From contig JBGTLG010000004.1 of assembly GCA_041744215.1 (NCBI GenBank), forward strand, positions 1 to 64,000: a stretch of DNA of 64,000 bases, written 5' to 3'. The translations under genes were made by a program, and so were the position numbers. Under the pieces are notes generated by a model. The model saw only the letters and a program-made list of their open reading frames with translations, was not told the origin of the DNA and made no database searches. Source of the DNA: Fimbriimonadales bacterium (GTDB taxonomy: Bacteria; Armatimonadota; Fimbriimonadia; Fimbriimonadales; ATM1). Each line of letters begins with the position of its first letter. Positions within the stretch are counted from its first letter, which is position 1. Positions 27,584 through 37,498 of this stretch are shown here, piece by piece.

Positions 27584-28969
27584 ATGAAGACCGTTCGCAT
27601 CATTACGCTCGGATGTGCGAAGAACGATGTCGACTCCGAGGAGATCGCAGGTGTTCTCGCCCAGAAAGGCTATCTCGTCGATGCGACAACGGAGTTTGCA
27701 GACGTCACCGTTATCAATACCTGCGGCTTTCTGCAAGCTGCCCGAGACGAAGGAATTGAGACGATTCGTGCGGCCGTCAAGGACAAGAGACAGGGCAAGA
27801 CTGGGAAAGTGATTGTCGCTGGGTGCTTGGCGCAACGCATGGGCGAAGAAATGGCGAAGGTAGCTCCAGGAGCGGACGCGTACGTTGGCGTGGGTCACAT
27901 GGAGCGATTCGACGAGATAGTTGAACTCACGCTCGATGGCAATGAAACATACTTCGACATTCCAGCACCTCACCACCGGTGGGCGGACGTTCCGAGCCGA
28001 GCAAGGGTCGGCGCACCATGGAGCGCATATCTTAAGATCAGCGAAGGATGCGACCACAAATGCACGTTTTGCACAATTCCGTCATTTCGTGGACGACATC
28101 AGAGTAAGCCAATTGAGCGAGTTGTCGCCGAGGCGAGGCACCTTACCAAGACGGGAGCAAGAGAAGTCAACGTAATCGCTCAAGATGTGACGCAGTATGG
28201 GTACGACTTGTATCAGCAGTTTACATTGCCGAGGTTGCTCGGCGAGTTGAATGCGATTGATGGGATCGATTGGATTAGACTTCTCTATTTTTACCCGAAC
28301 CGACTAACCGATGAAGTCATCGAAGCGATGACGACTCTCGATAAGGTGCTGCCATACATCGACATTCCTTTGCAACACGTGCATCCAACCGTGTTGCGTG
28401 ATATGAAGAGGCCGTGGGACGGTGAACGCTATCTGCAACTCTTTGATAAGCTACGGTCAGCAATGCCGAACGCTGCGATCCGAACGACGTTCATCGTCGG
28501 ATTTCCGGGCGAAACTGAGGAGCATTTTGATTACTTACTTGCTTGGATGCGCGAAGCACGGTTGGACCGGGTCGGCGCGTTTATGTTTTCGCGAGAGCCT
28601 GGAACTCCTGCCCACGATATGGCGAGGCAAGTCTCTCCTCGCGAGAAACGACGCCGCTTTGATGCGCTAATGGTCGAGCAGCAAGCGATCTCACTAGAGA
28701 CAAACCGTGCATGGATAGGTAAGCCCATCGATGTGCTCGTGGAACAGCAGGGCGATGGGGATTGGGTGGTCGGAAGGTCCCATCGTGATGCGCCGGAGAT
28801 CGACGGACTTGTGTATCTGCAGGGTGCTGAGACTCCTGGCGAAATCATTCAAGCTGAAGTGATCGATGCAGCGGAGTATGATCTCTACGCGCGACCCGTT
28901 CGGCGTCTTGCCCGAACGCATCCACGCATAAAGCCGCTTCGAGTTGTTGCACCTTCGAATCCCCTGTAA
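27584..28969 (+). CDS. rimO: Ribosomal protein S12 methylthiotransferase RimO
   Basis: LGCAKN.VDSE, NTCGF, radical SAM CDHKCTFC, IRTTFIVGFPGET, DAPEIDG. Confidence 0.95.
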   Translation: MKTVRIITLGCAKNDVDSEEIAGVLAQKGYLVDATTEFADVTVINTCGFLQAARDEGIETIRAAVKDKRQGKTGKVIVAGCLAQRMGEEMAKVAPGADAYVGVGHMERFDEIVELTLDGNETYFDIPAPHHRWADVPSRARVGAPWSAYLKISEGCDHKCTFCTIPSFRGRHQSKPIERVVAEARHLTKTGAREVNVIAQDVTQYGYDLYQQFTLPRLLGELNAIDGIDWIRLLYFYPNRLTDEVIEAMTTLDKVLPYIDIPLQHVHPTVLRDMKRPWDGERYLQLFDKLRSAMPNAAIRTTFIVGFPGETEEHFDYLLAWMREARLDRVGAFMFSREPGTPAHDMARQVSPREKRRRFDALMVEQQAISLETNRAWIGKPIDVLVEQQGDGDWVVGRSHRDAPEIDGLVYLQGAETPGEIIQAEVIDAAEYDLYARPVRRLARTHPRIKPLRVVAPSNPL

Positions 28970-28993
28970 CCGCGCCAGCGTCATTAACATCTT

Positions 28994-29443
28994 ATGAAGC
29001 GCAAGCCCCCGGAAAGCCCCAGGACAATCGGTTGGGTTGAATATATCGACTTTCCGGAATGGGGTCTTTTTGGTGTGAAGGCTAAGTCTGATACGGGCGC
29101 CCGAACTAGCGTGCTGGACGTCAGCGAGTGGGAAGACTTAGGCGACGGAAATGTTCGGTTCGAAGCTGTGATTAGGCGGGACGCTGAGAAGGAGACTTTG
29201 ACCGTGGTTGCTCCAATCAAACGCAGAACACATGTTAAGAGCAGTTTCGGTAGCGGTCGCGATCGAATCACTGTTGAGGCAAAGGTGCGGATCGGTCCTG
29301 TCGAAAAGGTCATCGAGGTGGGGTTAGCCTCGCGGCGCAAACTGACGTGCCGAGCGCTACTGGGTCGGACTGCGCTCGCCAGTGACTTTGTAGTCGATTC
29401 AAGTCAGTCATACGTCTTCGGCAGGAAGCGCAAGCGCAGGTAA
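28994..29443 (+). CDS. RimK-associated retropepsin-like protease (RimB-like)
   Basis: IGW.E, AK.DTGARTS.L, LLGR.AL; directly upstream of rimK. Confidence 0.85.
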   Translation: MKRKPPESPRTIGWVEYIDFPEWGLFGVKAKSDTGARTSVLDVSEWEDLGDGNVRFEAVIRRDAEKETLTVVAPIKRRTHVKSSFGSGRDRITVEAKVRIGPVEKVIEVGLASRRKLTCRALLGRTALASDFVVDSSQSYVFGRKRKRR

Positions 29444-29473
29444 AACGGCGCATAATGCTCGGATTGAGCCGCT

Positions 29474-30640
29474 ATGAAAATTGCAATTCTTTCCAGAAGT
29501 CCCAATTGCTACAGTACGCGCAGACTTCGCGAAGCTGCAATCAAGCGCGATCTTGAAGTACGCGTTCTGGACGTGTTCAAGTTTGCGCTCGCAGTGGAGG
29601 GACGGAACCCAAGCCTGCTCTATCGTGGCAAAGCGTTGAGTCATTACGATGCGGTTTTGCCCCGCATAGGTGCCTCCGTCACGTTCTACGGAACGGCTGT
29701 TGTGCGGCAGTTTGAGCAGATGGGCATATTCACTCTGAACACTTCACACGCGATCAGCATATCGCGCGACAAGCTACGTTCGCTCCAGGTGCTAAGTCGG
29801 CATGACATCGGCATGCCAAACACCGCATTCGTTCACGAGCGACGACAGGTACTTCCTGCCATTGAGAGGCTCGGCGGCGCGCCTGTCATCATAAAAGTCC
29901 TTGAAGGTACGCAGGGTATTGGGGTGATCCTTGCGGAGACTAACAAGATTGCCGAAGCAATCATTGAAACGCTGCAGGGTGCAAAGCAAAACGTTTTGAT
30001 TCAGAAGTTTGTCCGAGAGAGCCAGGGCAAAGACATTCGCGCGTTGGTTGTTGGTGATCATGTTGTCGCCGCGATGAGGAGGAGCGCACAGCCCGGGGAG
30101 TACCGCTCAAACGTTCATAGAGGGGGGACGACAGAGCCGGTGGACCTGCCGGAAGACTATCAGAGAGTCGCCGTACACGCAGCGCACATTCTCGGTCTTC
30201 GAGTTGCAGGTGTCGATCTGCTCGAAACGAATGAGGGCCCCCAAGTTTTGGAAGTGAACTCAAGTCCAGGCTTAGAAGGAATCGAAACAGCTACCGGCAT
30301 CGATGTAGCTGGGGCAATCATCGCCCTCCTTGAGGAGCAGGCTTCGTTTCCTGACATCGATCTACGACAGAGACTTACGTTGGCGAAGGGATATGGTATC
30401 GCAGAAGTTCCTGTCTTGCCAAACTCGATGTTGGAGAACAAAACTCTTTCGGAGACTGGACTTCGGGACATGGATGTTCTCATCCTCAGCATCTCTCGGC
30501 AAGGGCTTGTCATACCCAACCCGCGTGGATCGCGAGAGATTCTGCCGGGAGACGTGCTCTTATGCTATGGGAAACTGCTCACACTTAAGGCGCTCGTCCC
30601 ACCTAAGAAAGCATCGAAGCGCAAGCAGGTCAAGACGTGA
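29474..30640 (+). CDS. rimK: RimK family alpha-L-glutamate ligase with C-terminal TrkA-C (RCK_C) domain
   Basis: YSTRRL.EAA, PRIGAS.T.YG, EGTQG.GV, RSNVHRGG, EVNSSPGLEGIE; extra ~90-aa domain with IPNP...ILPGD.L..YG. Confidence 0.93.
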   Translation: MKIAILSRSPNCYSTRRLREAAIKRDLEVRVLDVFKFALAVEGRNPSLLYRGKALSHYDAVLPRIGASVTFYGTAVVRQFEQMGIFTLNTSHAISISRDKLRSLQVLSRHDIGMPNTAFVHERRQVLPAIERLGGAPVIIKVLEGTQGIGVILAETNKIAEAIIETLQGAKQNVLIQKFVRESQGKDIRALVVGDHVVAAMRRSAQPGEYRSNVHRGGTTEPVDLPEDYQRVAVHAAHILGLRVAGVDLLETNEGPQVLEVNSSPGLEGIETATGIDVAGAIIALLEEQASFPDIDLRQRLTLAKGYGIAEVPVLPNSMLENKTLSETGLRDMDVLILSISRQGLVIPNPRGSREILPGDVLLCYGKLLTLKALVPPKKASKRKQVKT

Positions 30641-30742
30641 TATCAATGATAGGTGCGACGATTTGCGGTTAGGACTCATGCTGCAAACTCAGTTGCAAAC
30701 CAATTGTTCGCGCCAAGGCAGTACACTCTGCGGTAGCTTGCA

Positions 30743-31846
30743 ATGAGACTGATTTCCGCGACCCTCCGCACAGAATTCAGGAGGCGTATTGACTGGCCGC
30801 TCCTGGGGTCGGCGCTTGTGCTGCTTCTCGTTGGAATGGTTACACTCTGGAGTGCGAGTTCTGTCCAGCCCGGGCACGCCTCTTTCTGGAGCCAAACGAC
30901 ATGGCTCCTCCTCGCGGTTCCTGCGTTTGCGCTGTTTCTGTTCATGGATCCACGATCATGGGTGTTCCATCGAAAATGGGTCTACGGTGTCAACATCGCC
31001 CTGCTTCTCGCGGTAGAGTTCTTTGGCGTTGTACGAGGCGGGGCGCAACGGTGGCTTGACTTGGGGCCGTTTACCCTTCAACCAAGCGAGCTGGCCAAGC
31101 TACTGCTAGTCATCACTCTGGCCGACCTGCTATCTCGACACAGCGAAACTCTGCGCACACCTCGCGCATTCGCGATCAGTTTCCTGCACATTTTGCCAAT
31201 CTTCATTTTGGTGTTGATTCAACCAGACCTTGGCACCAGTCTCGTGTTCCTATGCATCTGGCTCGGAATGTCTCTTGTGGCTGGGCAGAGGCTGCGGTAC
31301 CTGTTCGGCTTCGTTGCGTCGAGTGCCGGATTGTTCCTGTTGGCGTGGAACACGGGCTTACTCTACGACTATCAGAAGCAACGCATTTTGGACATGATGA
31401 CCGGGAAAGGCAGCTACCATGCACAGGTTGCAGAACTGAGCATCGCTTACGGTCGAGTCGTCGGCGTTGGCTTCTCTCGAGGTGAGCTGAAGGAATCGAG
31501 ATTAGTACCTGAGCAAACGACGGACTTTATCTTTACGGTCGTCGCAGAAGAGGGCGGGTTCGTTGCATCATTCTTGATCGTTGCCGCTTACGCGCTCTTC
31601 TTATGGCGAGTATGGGCGGTAGTGTTGAGGTCTACGGTCCCGCTCTTTCGCTACATGTCAGCAGGGATCTTCGTCGTCTTCAGTTTCCACGTTCTCGTCA
31701 ATCTCGGGATGGTTGTTGGAGTTTTGCCAATCGTGGGAGTGCCTCTGCCGTTCATGAGTTATGGCAAAAACGCAATGATGCTTAACTTTGCGCTCCTCGG
31801 ACTACTCCTCAACCTGCGCAGCAGAGAAAAGAATCTCGTTTTCTGA
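30743..31846 (+). CDS. rodA: SEDS family peptidoglycan polymerase RodA/FtsW
   Basis: GAQRW..G...QPSE.AK, QPDLGT, PE..TDFIF, EE.G, G.PLPF.SYG. Confidence 0.88.
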   Translation: MRLISATLRTEFRRRIDWPLLGSALVLLLVGMVTLWSASSVQPGHASFWSQTTWLLLAVPAFALFLFMDPRSWVFHRKWVYGVNIALLLAVEFFGVVRGGAQRWLDLGPFTLQPSELAKLLLVITLADLLSRHSETLRTPRAFAISFLHILPIFILVLIQPDLGTSLVFLCIWLGMSLVAGQRLRYLFGFVASSAGLFLLAWNTGLLYDYQKQRILDMMTGKGSYHAQVAELSIAYGRVVGVGFSRGELKESRLVPEQTTDFIFTVVAEEGGFVASFLIVAAYALFLWRVWAVVLRSTVPLFRYMSAGIFVVFSFHVLVNLGMVVGVLPIVGVPLPFMSYGKNAMMLNFALLGLLLNLRSREKNLVF

Positions 31847-31867
31847 TGCCGCTATAATCCCTGGCTT

Positions 31868-32773
31868 ATGATCGTCAGCTACGGAACCCTCTGCCTTGAT
31901 CGTGTTCACCTGGTGCCAAACATGCCCCGCTACGGTGGTTACGTTGAAGCGACGGAGGTGCGACCGACACTTGGTGGGGAGGCTGTGAACACAGCACTCG
32001 CGCTACGATCGCTTGGAGTCGTTTCGCGCTTGCAATCGAATCCCATCGGGCGAGATGAGGCAGGAGATACCGTCCTCAAGTTAATGGAGGATCATCGTCT
32101 CGATCCTCCATTGATCGTCCATGGTTACATGACGCCTGTGACGGACATTTTCGTTACACCCGATGGTGAGCGCACCATGGTCGGCGCGGGCTTTGCCACA
32201 ATGGATCGATCCGACATTGCACTACCGGATGTTCGTGATGCATCGTGGTTGACGGCAGAGCCAAACATGCCGAACGCCTCTCGACGGGCTGTTGAGCACG
32301 CACAAAGCGCCGGCATCAAGACATACCTGATGGACTTCTACGCCACCGAACACGACACAATCGTTTCCAGATGTGACGTTTGGCAGTCGAGCACGGACTG
32401 GGTCGGCCAGCGTGGAGACACGGAGGAGAACCTTCGATGGGTCGAGGAACACGCACGGCGCTTCGGATGCGCGACCATCGTCACCGACGGGCCCCGCGGT
32501 TTGTTTGCGGCATCTAAGGATTTTGGCGCACGTGCGTTTCCGGCCCTAGTTGCGCCCGCTGTCGTCGACACGACGGGTGCTGGCGACGTTTTTCGCGCAG
32601 GTGTACTTGCTGCATTGGCAGACGGCCTACCACTTGCGAGGGCACTGCTTTTTGGGTCGGCTGCCTCTGCTTGCGCGATTGGCACCTTGGGAGCTACAAA
32701 CGGACTGCCGACGAGAGAGATTGTCGATGCTCTCATGAAGCAGAACGAGTTGCTAGTGCGCGCGTATGATTAG
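31868..32773 (+). CDS. PfkB family carbohydrate kinase
   Basis: GG.A.N.A, GERTM, VT.G..G, VDTTGAGD.F.AG. Confidence 0.9.
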   Translation: MIVSYGTLCLDRVHLVPNMPRYGGYVEATEVRPTLGGEAVNTALALRSLGVVSRLQSNPIGRDEAGDTVLKLMEDHRLDPPLIVHGYMTPVTDIFVTPDGERTMVGAGFATMDRSDIALPDVRDASWLTAEPNMPNASRRAVEHAQSAGIKTYLMDFYATEHDTIVSRCDVWQSSTDWVGQRGDTEENLRWVEEHARRFGCATIVTDGPRGLFAASKDFGARAFPALVAPAVVDTTGAGDVFRAGVLAALADGLPLARALLFGSAASACAIGTLGATNGLPTREIVDALMKQNELLVRAYD

Positions 32774-33689
32774 GCCTATCGCGATTAAGCCAGGTAATTT
32801 GGTTGCCTTTGTCGCTCCAGCATCACCGAGTGAATTGAGCAAGATCGAATACGCGATCTCGCTGTTCGAGTCGAGGGGATATCGCGTCACTTTGGGCAAG
32901 TGTTGTCTTGCTCCGACCGGCGGTACAACTTGGAGCGATTCTGTGCGTGCAGCTGAGTTGATCGATGCCTGGATGGATGTTGGTGTCCGCGCGGTCATCT
33001 GTGTTCGCGGAGGTTACGGTTCGGCGAGGTTGCTGAATCATCTTGACTTTGATCGTATGGTCGAGGAGCCGAAGGTTTTCGCGGGCTTTAGTGACATCAC
33101 GGCGCTTCATATCGCCCTGAATAGGCGCGGGCTTGTGACGTTCCACTCTCCAATGCCAGCGACGCTGAGTTCGGATACTCCCAGTTGGGTCGTGGATTCT
33201 CTGTTTGACAGTCTCGAAGGGCGTACGCCGAGCGTCCAACACCTCAATGGGTGTGAGACGATTTCACCAGGGGTTGCAACAGGTCGGTTGGTTGGAGGCT
33301 GCCTTCGATTAATCTGCGACTCTCTCGGGACACCTGACGAAATCGACACCTCGGGCAAGATTCTCTTGGTGGAGGATGTCGACGAGGAGCCCCACCGCGT
33401 TGACGCTATGTTTACGCATTTGCTGAATGCCGGGAAGCTTCAGCAAGTCGCAGGAATTGTCGTTGGTGGATTTTCTGGAACGGATGAGAAACGAAATCAG
33501 AAGAGTGATGGTCCAACTTGGCGAGAGATTGTACGTGAGCGACTCAATGGAATCCGGAAACCGTCCATAATGGACTTTCCAATTGGACATAGAGCGGAGA
33601 ATGCGACGTACCCCCTTGGGGCCAGCGTAAGGTTGGATGCGAAAGTAGGAAAAGTAGAATGTTTGGAGCCAGGGGCAAGATCGGACTAA
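32766..33689 (+). CDS. LD-carboxypeptidase (peptidase S66, LdcA-like)
   Basis: RGGYG, GFSDIT (Ser), EDVDE (Glu), FPIGH (His). Confidence 0.92.
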   Translation: MIRPIAIKPGNLVAFVAPASPSELSKIEYAISLFESRGYRVTLGKCCLAPTGGTTWSDSVRAAELIDAWMDVGVRAVICVRGGYGSARLLNHLDFDRMVEEPKVFAGFSDITALHIALNRRGLVTFHSPMPATLSSDTPSWVVDSLFDSLEGRTPSVQHLNGCETISPGVATGRLVGGCLRLICDSLGTPDEIDTSGKILLVEDVDEEPHRVDAMFTHLLNAGKLQQVAGIVVGGFSGTDEKRNQKSDGPTWREIVRERLNGIRKPSIMDFPIGHRAENATYPLGASVRLDAKVGKVECLEPGARSD

Positions 33690-35089
33690 AACTGACGACG
33701 TTAAGCATCGTCGGCTTCCTCTGTCTTGTTGCCCAAGGCGGAGCGAGCGGCTCTGTAGTTTCATGGACGAAGGAGCTACTCGGAGACGTCTCTTACCGAA
33801 GCGAGGTCCGCCTTGGCCTACCGATGGACGTTCACGTGGTTCGGTTCCGATATCCAGCGAGCGGCGTGAGGCTCGAAACCAAACTTGCAGGGGGAACTGT
33901 GCTGGCTGCTAACAATGTGACGACACGGGCTCGAGTATCGCAAATGGCGCGCGAGCGCGGCGCATTCCTTGCGGTCAACGCAGACTACTTCGCCCCGAGC
34001 GGAGACCCTCTCGGACTGTTCATTCAAGACGGCCAATTGATTAGTGAGCCGTTTCGGACACGATCCGCGTTCGGATGGAGTGAAACCAACACCTTTATCG
34101 ATCGACCGACCTGGACAGCTTCATTGGAAGCACCAAATGGAGTGAAGCTTCCGATTCATGCGGTTAATCGTGTCGCAGGCGCAAACGAGATCGTGCTGTT
34201 TTCGGAGATCGGAAGCACTGCGGTTGCTTCCGCAAACGCAATGATGTTCGTCTTTGAGACAAGCGCTTCGCCGATTCCAGATGGAACCGCCACCGCAGTT
34301 TTCAAGCACGTCACGCCTGACGTCCGATCGATGCCTGTCAAAAAGGGCCAGTGGATCGTTGCTGCGACAGGATCATTTCAATTGCGCCTACTGGCAGGGA
34401 TTCAGCAGAACACCGCATACCAGTTCAAGTTTAATCTGTCGGGCTCTGCCGACTGGGCAAAGGCGAGGTTTGCGGTTGGCGGTGGGCCAAGACTCATTCG
34501 CAATGGACGCGTGTCGGTTGAGTACTTGGAAGAGTCATTCGATAACAACTTTGCGCTCAAGCGACACCCTCGCACAGCGATCGGAATTGCAGATAACGGG
34601 GACGTCGTCATCGTGGTCATCGACGGGCGCTCAAGATTCTCGACTGGCGCGACACTGAACGAACTCGCGTGGATTATGCGGGGCTTAGGATGCGTCGAGG
34701 CGCTGAATCTCGACGGTGGCGGCAGCTCCACATTGTATGTCGGCGGCGCGATCCTAAATCGGCCCAGCGACGGCCAGGAGCGCCCTGTTGCAAACGCTCT
34801 GCTACTGTTCGTTCCTCCTTCGTCTGTATCGACGCTGGGGCTCAGAATCAGCGCGCCCGCGGCCGAGGTTTTCGAGGGGGAGTCTATACCTCTCAAAGCG
34901 CTCGCTCCCGACGGTTCCGAAGTTGCTCCCAATTCAGTGGTGTGGGTCGCAGAGTCTCCTAATGTGCGCGTGACCCAAGATGGGGTCCTCCTGGCGATCA
35001 AGGAAGGTAAAGCACGGGTGCGGGCGATCAACCAGGGGACGTCGACGTTCGCTGAGGTCACAGTCGTCGCCAAAAAACCGAGCCAGTAA
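33659..35089 (+). CDS. Phosphodiester glycosidase (NAGPA-like) family protein with C-terminal Ig-like domain
   Basis: AVNADYF, GGGPRL, HPRTAIG, IDGR, ALNLDGGGSS, RPVANAL. Start uncertain. Confidence 0.88.
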   Translation: MFGARGKIGLKLTTLSIVGFLCLVAQGGASGSVVSWTKELLGDVSYRSEVRLGLPMDVHVVRFRYPASGVRLETKLAGGTVLAANNVTTRARVSQMARERGAFLAVNADYFAPSGDPLGLFIQDGQLISEPFRTRSAFGWSETNTFIDRPTWTASLEAPNGVKLPIHAVNRVAGANEIVLFSEIGSTAVASANAMMFVFETSASPIPDGTATAVFKHVTPDVRSMPVKKGQWIVAATGSFQLRLLAGIQQNTAYQFKFNLSGSADWAKARFAVGGGPRLIRNGRVSVEYLEESFDNNFALKRHPRTAIGIADNGDVVIVVIDGRSRFSTGATLNELAWIMRGLGCVEALNLDGGGSSTLYVGGAILNRPSDGQERPVANALLLFVPPSSVSTLGLRISAPAAEVFEGESIPLKALAPDGSEVAPNSVVWVAESPNVRVTQDGVLLAIKEGKARVRAINQGTSTFAEVTVVAKKPSQ

Positions 35090-35091
35090 CG

Positions 35092-35119
35092 GGAACTCCC
35101 GCGCCGGATGCTCACGTAT
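35092..35119 (+). promoter_or_regulatory. Putative ECF sigma promoter
   Basis: GGAACT-N17-CGTAT directly after the upstream stop codon. Confidence 0.4.
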
Positions 35120-35122
35120 CTT

Positions 35123-35189
35123 CACACGAACTCACACAAAGTGCCTGCCTGCACTTGGGGGTCTCGCGATAGGTGGGACCCCCTTTTTT
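35123..35189 (+). ncRNA. Candidate ~65-nt small RNA
   Basis: ECF-like promoter, unpaired AC-rich 5' tract, hairpin AAGTGC/GCACTT, then an intrinsic terminator; no ORF. Confidence 0.35.
35157..35189 (+). terminator. Rho-independent terminator
   Basis: GGGGGTCTCGC/GTGGGACCCCC stem followed by T6. Confidence 0.85.
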
Positions 35190-35238
35190 CGTGTTTAGTC
35201 TGCGGCAGTTGCCTCCGTTGGGCAAAGATTAAGTGTGA

Positions 35239-36456
35239 ATGGCCCTCTTTTTGGCGGTCGCCTGGGCTGCCGCTGCTAACCTGATTGCCTTCGGCTTCGG
35301 CGCATTGGCGCGCCGCGCCGCAACGCGCCAAGATGCAGGGGCATCCTACTCGGCTGTTCGCAAGCTGATCAAGCTGTCCTCTATTGTCAACCTCTTTGTC
35401 GCAACCGCCGCTGCAGTTGGAGTTGCATTCCTGGTTGTTCCCACCACGTCTTTTTCAGCGCGTCTCATAGCTGCGGGACTCGCTTTCATGGCTGGTGCAG
35501 TGGCAGGGGAGTGGCTTATCGGTCATCGTATGTATCGCCCTTATGAGACCGTCCGGCCAGACCAGCTCACGTCACGGGCTTTTCGATTTCGATTGATCGC
35601 GACTGCTTTATCAATCGCGTTGCCGATTGGGGTCACGATGATCTTGATCGGGTCGATTGGAGACTTAGCACATACTGATGTAGGACAGCGCGGATCGACC
35701 GCGAACGCGATTGCATTTGTGCTCGCCCTGATGCTCTGGGTTGTCCAATGGAGCGCGATCAAGCTTGTCCTTCTGCCAGGTCGACCTGCCGACTTCCCAA
35801 TGCCAGACTGGGAGGAGGACGTAAAACGGCTTGCAGAGAGAATGGGAACCCGGCTGACCGACTTGCTTATACTTCGAACGGGCAGGTCGAGGATTGCGGG
35901 AGCGTATGCGCTGGGAGGTGGACGAATCGCGATAACGGATGACCTTTTGGCTGCGCTCTCAAAGGAAGAGTTCATGGCGGTCATGGCTCATGAGCTAAAG
36001 CACTTTACACAGCGACGAAAGACGACGCTATTTGCGTGTGCGTTCGTCGTCGGCGCGGGCGGTGCAGCAGCGCTGTCTGTGTGGGCCGCATCGGCTGGAG
36101 TGATTCCGATGCTCGCCGCGACGAGTATTGCCACTCTTTCTGCGCTAGTGCCGCTGTGGCGACTGACCAAACTGAGGGCCCTTCATGAAGATGAGGCTGA
36201 CTTGGCTGCCATCGAACAGATTGGCGCGATGCCGCTTATGTGTGCTCTCGCGAAAACTTATGCTGTGAATGGCCGGCTAGGAGATTCGACGACTGGGTCG
36301 ATCCATCGAGGGTTGCGGAATCGACTAAGTCTCTTGGCGGCTAGAGGACGCATTCCTGCCTCGGCTGTCGCCGACGCGGTCAGCTCAGGTGAAACATTCG
36401 ACCTGGCGGGAGCGCAGGTATCCTTTTCAAGCCAATGGAAAGGAACCTCGCCTTAG
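35239..36456 (+). CDS. M48 (HtpX/Ste24-like) membrane zinc metalloprotease
   Basis: Multiple TM helices, AYA.G, AVMAHELKH (HExxH), EDEAD. Confidence 0.8.
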   Translation: MALFLAVAWAAAANLIAFGFGALARRAATRQDAGASYSAVRKLIKLSSIVNLFVATAAAVGVAFLVVPTTSFSARLIAAGLAFMAGAVAGEWLIGHRMYRPYETVRPDQLTSRAFRFRLIATALSIALPIGVTMILIGSIGDLAHTDVGQRGSTANAIAFVLALMLWVVQWSAIKLVLLPGRPADFPMPDWEEDVKRLAERMGTRLTDLLILRTGRSRIAGAYALGGGRIAITDDLLAALSKEEFMAVMAHELKHFTQRRKTTLFACAFVVGAGGAAALSVWAASAGVIPMLAATSIATLSALVPLWRLTKLRALHEDEADLAAIEQIGAMPLMCALAKTYAVNGRLGDSTTGSIHRGLRNRLSLLAARGRIPASAVADAVSSGETFDLAGAQVSFSSQWKGTSP

Positions 36457-37388
36457 AATTCGTTCGAGTCACAGAAGCCGCAGCGCTCGCGTGCGCAAAA
36501 TGGGTTGGAAAGGGGGATCGGCATGCCGCTGACCAGGCGGCGTGCGACTCAATGCGCAGAACGCTCAATTCCATGGAGGTGAGCGGTGTCATCGTCATCG
36601 GTGAGGGCGAACGCGACGAGGCTCCGATGCTGTACATTGGCGAGGAGCTTGGCGCCGGAGGACAAGCTGTTGAAATCGCCGTTGATCCGCTCGAAGGCAC
36701 AAATCTCTGCGCGAATGGACTTCCGAATGCGATTAGCGTCATCGCAGCGGCAGGCGGCGGAGGAAAGCTTATGCACGCGCCCGACTGCTATATGGACAAG
36801 CTAGTTGTTGGCGAAGCTGCCAAAGGCGCAATCGACATTGATCTTCCTCCTGCGGTGAATCTTCGTTCAATCGCAAAGTGCCTGGGGAAAAGCGTGGATG
36901 AGCTAATGGTGGGGATCCTTGATCGACCGAGGCACGAAAAACTCATCAACGAGGTTCGCGCAGCTGGTGCCCGCATTCATCTGGTTAGCGACGGAGACAT
37001 AACGCTTGCGCTTGCAGCGATCGAAGAAGAGACTGGCATCGATGCACTTATGGGCATTGGCGGAGCGCCTGAAGGTGTAATCACCGCCGCGGCGATACGG
37101 TGTTATGGAGGCGACATGCGCGCACGGCTCGTGTTTAGGAACGATGAGGAGAGGCATCGCGCAGGAAAGATGGGTAACGGCGAGTTGGATCGAGTGCTTA
37201 CTGTTGACGATATGGCCGTTGGGAACGTGATGTTCGCCGCTACCGGCATAACATCTGGAGACTTCTTGAAGGGAGTGCGCTTCACGGCGGATGGCGCAAT
37301 CACGGAGTCAATCGTGATGCGGGCGGTAAGCGGAACGGTCAGGCGAGTCCAAACCCGCCATCGGTTTGAGGGCAGCCCAAACTACTGA
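36435..37388 (+). CDS. glpX: Class II fructose-1,6-bisphosphatase
   Basis: VRVTEAAA, VIGEGERDEAPML, AVDPLEGT, DRPRH, DGD, GIGGAPEGV. Confidence 0.96.
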   Translation: MERNLALEFVRVTEAAALACAKWVGKGDRHAADQAACDSMRRTLNSMEVSGVIVIGEGERDEAPMLYIGEELGAGGQAVEIAVDPLEGTNLCANGLPNAISVIAAAGGGGKLMHAPDCYMDKLVVGEAAKGAIDIDLPPAVNLRSIAKCLGKSVDELMVGILDRPRHEKLINEVRAAGARIHLVSDGDITLALAAIEEETGIDALMGIGGAPEGVITAAAIRCYGGDMRARLVFRNDEERHRAGKMGNGELDRVLTVDDMAVGNVMFAATGITSGDFLKGVRFTADGAITESIVMRAVSGTVRRVQTRHRFEGSPNY

Positions 37389-37498
37389 GCCACCGAAAAG
37401 TCGAGAGTTTTCTCTTTTTGTGGTTGGCAGATTCGAAATCTCGTGTTATAAAGAAGGGATGACGTCCAGTCAAAAGGCTGGCGTCGGAGGTGTAAACC

